This document shows positions 57,202 through 64,000 of a stretch of DNA of 64,000 nucleotides, piece by piece. A program made the position numbers and the translations under genes. Each line of letters begins with the position of its first letter. Positions within the stretch are counted from its first letter, which is position 1. Source of the DNA: Candidatus Alloclostridium intestinigallinarum (lineage in GTDB: Bacteria > Bacillota > Clostridia > Christensenellales > UBA3700); NCBI GenBank assembly GCA_904393845.1, contig CAJFNB010000001.1, forward strand, positions 16,341 to 80,340, read 5' to 3'. Below the pieces are notes generated by a model. It worked only from the letters and a program-made list of their open reading frames with translations, was not told where the DNA came from and searched no databases.

Positions 57202-58212
57202 TTAGATTATTGCTTTTATTTCATCAAGTTTCTCTGGGTAGTATATCTTGATGAAATCGATAAATTGTTCTGGCGTATTTCCGCCAAATCCATATTTCGC
57301 ATGAAATAATTTATGTTGTTTTCTTCCAATGCAAACACCCAAAGGGTGCTTATCTTGTTCTTCGAGAAACGCCGTTAATATTTTTTGTTTATCTTCATCA
57401 CTCAAAATGTTAACATCTTCCGGCATCTCCATACCAATGTTTTTAAGCGCTTGATCTAAGATGAGGTTTTTTGCGAACAAATGATGAATATCATTAAACC
57501 CTTTGCCGTCTATAATATTTTTATACTTGCATCGCTCCATCGATTTTTTCTTCCATTGCGCATTGTTTGCTTGAATAAACCCTAATACGCTTCTATAATG
57601 CGTCCCCGCATTTTTATCTTGCCGATAAATACCGTTTTTCCTGCGCATTTCTTTGATAGACTGTGCTGCCCTGTGCAAACATCTTCCCAATTCCTCATCA
57701 CTCATATCGCGATAATTCTCGCGGACAAAAGCAATATCGTCTTCGGAATATTTGTACATCGCTGCGCCTCGCAATCCTAATTGTTTAATTCTGCAATGCA
57801 CCGCAGATGCCGCTCTGTTCGGAAGCAGTTTCGACAACTCCTTCATTGGTAAAACATAATAATTTTCTTTTATGATGCGGTCCTCTTCTTCTGTCCAGCC
57901 GCCCTGTTTGCTCACTCCTATTATAGATGCGCGACTAACAATACTGCTCGCTGTTCTGTTTGGAAGATATTGTCGAATTAGTTCTTCAATGGAAAGCAAT
58001 CTGTAATATTTACGGATCATGTCATCTTCAGCTTCGGAATATACTGAATATTCAACCCCAACTCTTTTTACTCCCAGATTGCTTGCCTTTGACGCTATCT
58101 GTGTTTTTGTTTTTTTTGGGATGTTTACAAAAATGGTATCCCAATCGCTCGTTTCGTAATTCTGAACGAGCCACTCTAATTGCTTCTCTGTAAATGTGCA
58201 TGGCCTCGCCAT
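57202..58212 (-). CDS. HNH homing endonuclease with four N-terminal SANT/Myb-like repeats
   Basis: Four ~45-aa repeats (W/Y-[ST]-E-x-[ED]...). C-terminal HNH: CKYKN...DIHHLFAKN...RKQHKLFH. Confidence 0.75.
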   Translation of the reverse strand: MARPCTFTEKQLEWLVQNYETSDWDTIFVNIPKKTKTQIASKASNLGVKRVGVEYSVYSEAEDDMIRKYYRLLSIEELIRQYLPNRTASSIVSRASIIGVSKQGGWTEEEDRIIKENYYVLPMKELSKLLPNRAASAVHCRIKQLGLRGAAMYKYSEDDIAFVRENYRDMSDEELGRCLHRAAQSIKEMRRKNGIYRQDKNAGTHYRSVLGFIQANNAQWKKKSMERCKYKNIIDGKGFNDIHHLFAKNLILDQALKNIGMEMPEDVNILSDEDKQKILTAFLEEQDKHPLGVCIGRKQHKLFHAKYGFGGNTPEQFIDFIKIYYPEKLDEIKAII

Positions 58213-58224
58213 ATGTACTTCTCC

Positions 58225-58407
58225 TTACTTGTAATGATTTTTTTCGCGCATTTTTTTATAAAATGCCACGGCCACCAAGAGATCGTCGGTTTTTTCAAAT
58301 CTCCAACGCTCCTTCCCGTTTTTGTCAAACCAACTTTCTTTATCGAAACCCAGAAGATAAAGAAAGCGCGCCATCCTCGTGGACGACACGTTATAAAACT
58401 CTTTCAT
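58225..58407 (-). CDS. DUF5659-like small protein (intron ORF 1)
   Basis: 60 aa. SSTRMARFLYLLGF...RWRFEKTDDLLVAVAFY resembles the DUF5659 pattern. Lies immediately upstream of the HNH ORF. Confidence 0.5.
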   Translation of the reverse strand: MKEFYNVSSTRMARFLYLLGFDKESWFDKNGKERWRFEKTDDLLVAVAFYKKMREKNHYK

Positions 58408-58795
58408 ATAATTAAAATTTTTCGACCTGGCTCATACTTTCATATGAGAAAAGACTATTTCTTCACCTTCAGCTTTACCTGTTAAGGGCATACCTTTTCC
58501 ATTTAAGGGGTTCTCACCCACGCCTTTGCTTGCGCCGTACTCCTTTTGACGCTACTGCGTCCCTTTCGGGGATAGTCGTTGAACCTTCCGCTTGCCTTAC
58601 GGTTTAGCGGCTTGGCTGCATGAGCATCGATTATTCCAAGACTTAGCCCTTTCGAGCATATCTCATCCTTGCGTTGTTTCTACTTTCGTACCGTCATACA
58701 CTCCTTTCGGGTATATTGTGGTGCAAGGCTTTACGAATTACCTGCAGTTAAATATGAACTTATGCGCACATTTCTGTACGCTCGGGCACCAGTTT

Positions 58796-60982
58796 GCCCG
58801 CAAATGCTGTTGCGATCGCGTGCTGTTGCACGTTCGTATACGAATTCCACTTCGAACCGACTTCATCAAGAACTTCGCCGAAATCCCTAAACGTATCGTT
58901 GGAAGAACGCAACTCTATTCCTAAAGTGCTGAGAGTTCCTTCAACATCGTTTAAGCGTTCACCCGTTTCACCATCTATAAATCGTCCTGTTTTGACATTG
59001 CCCATTCGTGCGAAGAGCGTTTTATAGAAAGTACCCACAGATTCAGCACCATCTTGTGTGACTTCTGCAACAGTGGAGATATAGCCAATCAGCCTGTCCA
59101 TTGAAACGCCAGCGACATTGGCCGACGCCGCCGTCTCTGCCATCGCGGTTGCGATGTCACCGGCGCTCGTCGCCGCCGCCATATCAACAGCAGTAAATTT
59201 ATCGACGATACTAAGCGCGTCCTCTACTTCAACCTTATAACCCTTCATTGCACTGGTTAGTGCTTTTGAAGCCTCTGCCGCTTCAAGCTGGCCGAGCTTT
59301 GATAGTTTCATACTATCAGAAATGAGTTGAGTGGTTTCTTCAATGCTATAGCCTTGCCTCAGCCAGGTGTCTGCGCCCTCCGCAACTTCCGTCATTGTGG
59401 CACCGAGCTGTTTTGCCAAGTCTGCGTATGTTTCCACAAGCGCCGTAGTCTCTTCGCGCGTCTTGCCTGTGGCAATTTGCAAGTCGGTGATTGCACTATC
59501 AAGTTCTACAACATTGGTGTAAACTTTTCTCAACGCACCGGTAAGTAACCCTACGAGCGCATAGGCAAAACTTTGTAACAGCTTACTGTTAAAAGTGTCT
59601 TTGATTTGATTGCCTAATGTGTGGCTCTTTGCCTCAAGTTTGCTCATCTCACCAGATGTCTGCTTGTAAAGCTTCTCCAGCTCTTGGGTTTGCTTTGTTA
59701 TGTCGTTGATGTTAGCCTTGCGAACCCCACCTTCTGCTCCCGGATCGGGAACATCACTATCTAGTGTCAGCTGCCCTTTATTTATTGCTTTATACAGGGC
59801 ATCGATAGCCTCGCGCGCTTTCTTACTGTTTTTTATTAAATCAACATATCTTTCATTTAAACTGCTCGCTCCGGCTACAGCTCTTTCCCATCTTATCTGA
59901 AGGTTGCCATCCAGCTTCGAATTTCTTTTTTGCTCTCCCTCTGCTGCTATTTTCTTGACTTCTGCCTCTGCTTGTATGTATCTGGGGTCTGACGCATACA
60001 CTTCGTCACCTATGGCACCCTGTACAGCTGTAGCAGCTTTTTTAACGGCTTCTTCTAATTCTTCATAGTTACCAACTCCAGTGGTAACAACTTTTGAAAG
60101 TTCCTTTTGAAGTTTTATCCACTCTTTTATTCTTTCGGTTACTTTCTTGTCGTTGCCGTCAGAACGGATTCCTGCAACAGTTTCCTCCGCATTATTAAGT
60201 TTGGATGTCGCTTTTGGGGCATTTTCCCCAATGGCATCAACCGCCGCCTTAGCTTCATCCCTTGCCTTTTCTGCAGCCCCCTGAAGCTTTTTATAACTTT
60301 CACTGGTTTCGTCGGTGACATTTGCAAGCTGTCGCTCGAGTTTAATCCAGTTGTTTATTTTTGCCTCTACTTCTCTATCTTCATTCCTTGCCGTTGCTAA
60401 TTCATAGTTCCTATCACGTCCGGTAATACCTTCATTGTATAAACTTTCCAGATCTGGAGATTTTCGCAACACTTCCGTTACTTTATTTAGGAGTCCCTTA
60501 TATTGCTTTTCCAGAGCGTTATATTCATGTCCCCCGCTAGGAGTAATTTTGCCCAAGCGTTTCGCTGTAGAGATAAAATCTCTTAATACTTTCAGTTCCT
60601 CTCTTGGAGCGTTCCTTTGTGTTTTCGGTGTTTCCGCGCCTTTTTTACCAGAACCTTTAACTGTATCATCAGTTTCGGCCTTGAGTTTGATAGGGACAAC
60701 CTCCTTTGCAAGGGCTTGAATTTGTTCTTTAATTCTTCCAATGCTTTCTGTGCTGAGCTCTACGTCAATATTTGCTTTTATATCACCGCTGATTTTTTGA
60801 AGTTGCTCTTTGATATTCTCAAGCGACTTGCTTTTTAAACCTACGTCTATGGTAAGCGGAGATATTTTTTGAACAATAGAGTTCAACTCTCTTTTAATGC
60901 GAGCCCCTGAATCTCCGCTTATATCACCGCCACCTTTAACACCAAAACTTATTCTTACAACATTATCTTTTCCTTCAGCCAT
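58796..60982 (-). CDS. tail tape measure protein, exon 1
   Basis: RBS GGAGG. Coiled-coil N-terminus, then the TP901-type core (ATGKTREETTALVETYADLAKQLGATMTEVAEGADTWLRQGYS...). The track ORF runs 36 nt further into the intron to a TAA at 58760. Confidence 0.85.
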
Positions 60983-61003
60983 TATCCTTTTCCTCCTGTG
61001 GGG

Positions 61004-61528
61004 CTACATGTTGTTTTTATATCTCTCGGACAGAGTTGCTTTCACAACGCCTTTGCTCTTAGCGTTAAACATATCTACTGCCCTTTGCAGAAAATCATTA
61101 GGGTCACGCTGAACTCTGCTCGCAACATATTTTTTCCCGCTTGGGGTTTCCCAATATCCGTGTACTTGCTTGCTTGCATGGTAGCCTTTCGTAAACAACA
61201 ACACGATGTTGTTCAGTCTTTGCCCTTCGACCAATGATTTTCTTGCCAAATTTTCTTCTTTAAATGAAATATTCATATACCACTCTTTTGTGGTTTTATT
61301 CATTTGCGGTTCTCCGACCACAATGTCGTCCGCAGTAATAGATTTTATTAATGGGGTAATGTAATCCAAGAGAGTCGTTTTTAATTTCTCTCCGTATTGC
61401 ATCATCTGACTTTTCGTCAAACAACTCCCACCATATTCTATCCCGTAAATTCTTTTTATCTCTTTCTGTCCAGCGGGAGTGGAGGCGTACTCCCGCACCA
61501 AATTCATAATATATTCTTCAGATAACAT
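61004..61528 (-). CDS. hypothetical protein (tail-chaperone position)
   Basis: Start moved to ATG 61528 (MLSEEYIMNL) behind AAGGAGG. Lies immediately upstream of the TMP. Confidence 0.45.
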   Translation of the reverse strand: MLSEEYIMNLVREYASTPAGQKEIKRIYGIEYGGSCLTKSQMMQYGEKLKTTLLDYITPLIKSITADDIVVGEPQMNKTTKEWYMNISFKEENLARKSLVEGQRLNNIVLLFTKGYHASKQVHGYWETPSGKKYVASRVQRDPNDFLQRAVDMFNAKSKGVVKATLSERYKNNM

Positions 61529-61538
61529 AACCGCCTCC

Positions 61539-61877
61539 TTATCTGATAACTTTCCAGCCCTGTACCTCAGACCAAATTTTTTCGACAAACGAATTACCGC
61601 CAAGCATTTTGTACTGTGTGTACAGCTGTTCGAGATTTTCAAACTCGTACTCGGGAATTTGTTTTGTATCCCGATATTTGTAATACACTGAGGTTATCAT
61701 GCTCCTCAACATACAGGTATATGTCTTGTTTCTGACATCGGCCTTTTCTTTCTCACGCGCTTCTTCTTTCTTTGCACCGAGTAGCCAGTTTCTAAAAGGT
61801 TTGCTGATAACCACAAAAAGAGCGAATGCTCCCGACATTACACTGATGATTTTAGAAACTAAATCTAAAACTTCCAT
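61539..61877 (-). CDS. membrane-anchored hypothetical protein
   Basis: N-terminal TM (IISVMSGAFALFVVI); conserved-looking C-terminal LYTQYKMLGGNSFVEKIW. Confidence 0.45.
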   Translation of the reverse strand: MEVLDLVSKIISVMSGAFALFVVISKPFRNWLLGAKKEEAREKEKADVRNKTYTCMLRSMITSVYYKYRDTKQIPEYEFENLEQLYTQYKMLGGNSFVEKIWSEVQGWKVIR

Positions 61878-61913
61878 TTCTTCCCCTTCAGCTCACCGCT
61901 AGGGGAGCTTATT

Positions 61914-62531
61914 CTACTTTGTTTCTTTTTTAATTTGTGGCATAAAATTTAAAATGTCTGTCAAAGCCCCTGTCGGAAGTTCAGTATTTTGCGATATGTT
62001 CGCCAAAACTTTCTGAATTACTTCAGGGTTTATTTTGTCAATCTTGTTTTTAATAGAGTCAAGCACATCGGCAATCTTAGCGATAATTTCGTTGATTGTA
62101 GTCTGTCCCTCGAGATACCTGAGACGCGCCCCTATAACTTTATCTGCAGCCGCAAATATATACTCCACCGTTTCCGCTCCTATCGCTTCCTTGACGTCGT
62201 TATAAAGAGACGTATGCTTGCAGAATGTGTATACATCTTCCAGCTCGGAGAGCTGCAAATCGGTATAATAATGTATAAGCATGTATTTTTTAATTATATC
62301 GTCAAACCCGCCAATGTACTCCCACACACTTTTCCCTTTTTCTTTGGGAATAACCAAATCCGCGATGTCGTTTACCGCCCCTATTATGTCGGTCAGCGTG
62401 GTTTCGGGAGTAATCGTTACCTTTATGGTGCACGTTTCCTTTCCATCCTCGAGTAAATACTCCTTTACCACATTTTCCTTGTTTCTCAATTTTTTACAAA
62501 ATTTTTCCAGTTCAGTTTTCCTTTTTGCCAT
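61914..62531 (-). CDS. hypothetical protein (tail-assembly-chaperone position)
   Basis: 205-aa acidic helical protein between the major tail protein and the TMP. No slippery site recognised. Confidence 0.4.
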   Translation of the reverse strand: MAKRKTELEKFCKKLRNKENVVKEYLLEDGKETCTIKVTITPETTLTDIIGAVNDIADLVIPKEKGKSVWEYIGGFDDIIKKYMLIHYYTDLQLSELEDVYTFCKHTSLYNDVKEAIGAETVEYIFAAADKVIGARLRYLEGQTTINEIIAKIADVLDSIKNKIDKINPEVIQKVLANISQNTELPTGALTDILNFMPQIKKETK

Positions 62532-62988
62532 TTTCCTTTTTCTCCTCTTTTAGTCTTTTCTGCGCTTTGCGTTTACGCCTTCCTGTCTGAATTTCCTCGT
62601 AAGTAACCCACCCTCCGTCGATTTTTGAGTAGCCAATCCATATATAATCGATTTCGGGGTATTTAAACCAAAACAGTTTGCGTTTTAACTTTGCAACGCT
62701 ATCGGGACATCCCTTTATATCTATTACCTGCTCATGCATATCAGCATATGTAACCACAAAGTCCGCCTTGTATGTGATTGCTGAAATCGTTTTAGAGTTG
62801 CGAGTAAATTTGTCTTGCAGCATGTAGCTTTTTTGCATTTCGTACTTAATGATTTCTCCGCGTTCAAATGCAGGGAGGATAACATCTTTGTAATACCTCA
62901 TTTCTGCAGCGCTGTCAAAAACGATTCCGTTACAGGTTCTATTATCTGTTGATTTGTCAACATTAAATTTGCTGCTTTGTCTGTTCAT
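62512..62988 (-). CDS. DUF1064 (PD-(D/E)XK, resolvase-like) protein
   Basis: FDSAAEMRYYKDV...ITYKADFVV...VIDIKG...KLKRKLFWFKYPEI follows the DUF1064 block order. K/E-rich tail. Confidence 0.7.
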   Translation of the reverse strand: MNRQSSKFNVDKSTDNRTCNGIVFDSAAEMRYYKDVILPAFERGEIIKYEMQKSYMLQDKFTRNSKTISAITYKADFVVTYADMHEQVIDIKGCPDSVAKLKRKLFWFKYPEIDYIWIGYSKIDGGWVTYEEIQTGRRKRKAQKRLKEEKKENGKKEN

Positions 62989-62994
62989 AAGAGA

Positions 62995-63019
62995 TAGCCG
63001 CGACGTAATGTCGCGGCTA
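62995..63019 (-). terminator. GC-rich hairpin after the major tail gene
   Basis: TAGCCGCGAC / GTCGCGGCTA 10-bp stem, 5-nt loop, followed (minus strand) by TCTCTT. Confidence 0.55.
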
Positions 63020-63027
63020 CAAAATAA

Positions 63028-63600
63028 TTAAGCCCCAACGTCTTCTTCGGCATCGGGGTCAACCAGAGAACGTTCGAAAACATTACCCGCATCGTTGGAG
63101 GCGAGCTGGAATTCGATATCTATGGATTGAGGATCGCCTTCACCCGTGTATGTGCCGCTGCCACCCGGAACTACAAATGCTTTGTACGCCTTAATTTCCT
63201 CGTGGTATACAACGCCGTCCTTGTCCTGCCACAGGGTATCACCAGTAATTATGTAATAAGTAGGGCTCAACACAGCGGCATCATTTTTGTATACAGCCGC
63301 CGTTTCCTCGGTGCTTATATCATTGCCTGCCGCTAACCTCATAATCTGAGGGGTAATAATTTGAGTGGATATAGTCATCGTTCCCTCTACGGGATTTACA
63401 AAACCGATTTTATTGGCATGAGTCTGACCGCCGGTAGCCCAAACGGAATCGGACGTTATTTCCCACGAAACTTCGTTGCAGAAATCAATCGTGAGCAGCG
63501 GGGTTCCTTCTTCCTCAATAGTGCCATCAGCCTTGTACTTATAGATTTTCAAATCTACACCACACCTGTTTGCTACTTGAGTTGTTTTTGCAAGTGCCAT
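63028..63600 (-). CDS. major tail protein
   Basis: 190 aa; RBS AAAGGAGA; bracketed by hairpins; positioned upstream of the chaperone/TMP block. Assignment is positional. Confidence 0.55.
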   Translation of the reverse strand: MALAKTTQVANRCGVDLKIYKYKADGTIEEEGTPLLTIDFCNEVSWEITSDSVWATGGQTHANKIGFVNPVEGTMTISTQIITPQIMRLAAGNDISTEETAAVYKNDAAVLSPTYYIITGDTLWQDKDGVVYHEEIKAYKAFVVPGGSGTYTGEGDPQSIDIEFQLASNDAGNVFERSLVDPDAEEDVGA

Positions 63601-63620
63601 TATTCTTTCTCCTTTTCTAG

Positions 63621-63644
63621 TAAAAAAGCGAGCATAGCTCGCTT
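63621..63644 (-). terminator. hairpin terminator/attenuator upstream of the major tail gene
   Basis: AAGCGAGC-ATA-GCTCGCTT (63626-63644), followed on the minus strand by TTTTT. Confidence 0.6.
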
Positions 63645-63649
63645 CGTTA

Positions 63650-63991
63650 TTATTTTGCTATTGGATTTAACCACCCTTCAGGATCAAACCGTTTTCCGCC
63701 GTAATTTGTATAAATTCGTTCCCCTAATGCTACGCCATGGAGATATTTCATCTGGAAAAACTGGTCGTACAACTGATAGATGGTTAATTCATATATGTTT
63801 AAGAGGTTGTATCCAATATTTGCCGCGCAAAGTTTAGATACAATATTCCCCAATGTAAGTTTTTTATTTTGGGATTTTTTGCCAGAGCCGTCCCAATTAT
63901 ATTTTTGAGCGCGTTCCCATAAAATTTTCGCCTTCTTGGAAGCAAATTTAATTTCCGTGTCTTTTTTAATTCCGCCGGTAATGTAATTCAT
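63650..63991 (-). CDS. hypothetical protein
   Basis: 113-aa ORF just upstream of the major tail gene. No motif recognised. Confidence 0.45.
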   Translation of the reverse strand: MNYITGGIKKDTEIKFASKKAKILWERAQKYNWDGSGKKSQNKKLTLGNIVSKLCAANIGYNLLNIYELTIYQLYDQFFQMKYLHGVALGERIYTNYGGKRFDPEGWLNPIAK

Positions 63992-64000
63992 TTGCAGGAT

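Larger units (their letters stand above)
57149..58795 (-). mobile_element. group I intron-like element interrupting the tape measure gene
   Basis: About 390 nt of ORF-free RNA rich in GNRA-capped hairpins. Core-like elements: UGCAGCCAAGCC (58620-58609), GGUUCAACGACUAUC (58585-58571) and AAGAAAUAGUC (58463-58453). Two ORFs follow, then a 3' hairpin at 57161-57183. Exact ends uncertain. Confidence 0.7.
19381..64000. mobile_element. siphovirus-type prophage (partial; continues past right edge)
   Basis: Abrupt drop in GC by eye around 19.15-19.4 kb, followed by replication, nucleotide-metabolism and tail modules. The left boundary lies somewhere in 19140-19380; the att core is not identifiable without the other end. 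Confidence 0.85.

Noticed and set aside
57149-58795. Alternative explanations for the split tape measure gene: an intein, a group II intron, or a simple insertion of a free-standing HNH gene.
   Set aside because: An intein would keep one continuous frame, but stops are present. No reverse transcriptase or GUGYG...AY ends are present for a group II intron. A plain gene insertion would not explain ~390 nt of ORF-free GNRA-hairpin RNA with P4/P7-like core elements and a clean protein-level junction.

Overview
Hand analysis only; no searches were run, and all family names come from motif recognition. The window has two parts. Positions 1 to about 19.3 kb are GC-rich chromosome of a Clostridia-like anaerobe. 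It carries rsmA, tatD with a TatD-linked radical SAM gene, metG, a surface-polysaccharide cluster (CapD-like dehydratase, Wzz-like protein, O-antigen-ligase-like protein), galE-nahK, and a GH20-nagA operon. From about 19.4 kb to the right edge lies a visibly lower-GC siphovirus-type prophage. It is incomplete: head, terminase and lysogeny modules must lie beyond 64000, and no integrase is present in the window. Its plus-strand early arm (19.7-38.9 kb) encodes two DNA methyltransferases, many small paralogous proteins, ERF, SSB and a Cas4-like nuclease. It also encodes a primase-helicase, DnaE-type polymerase, NrdH, NrdD, NrdG, an FTR-like protein and a sigma-70 region-4-like regulator. Its minus-strand late arm (64.0 down to 39.1 kb) encodes the major tail protein, tape measure, Dit, Tal, a multi-cassette receptor-binding region and a holin. 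Most interesting observations: (1) the tape measure gene is split by a ~1.65 kb group-I-intron-like element carrying an HNH endonuclease; (2) an AT-rich two-gene cassette with its own promoter and terminator sits between tape measure and Dit, a candidate accessory or defence module; (3) an opposite-strand lipoprotein gene with a consensus promoter lies inside the tail-fibre region; (4) there are three tandem receptor-binding cassettes, two of them with polyglycine-rich adhesin-like paralogs; (5) the C5 cytosine methyltransferase is circularly permuted; (6) 10-bp phased repeats at the host/prophage junction resemble integrase arm-type sites. No rRNA, tRNA or CRISPR array was found.
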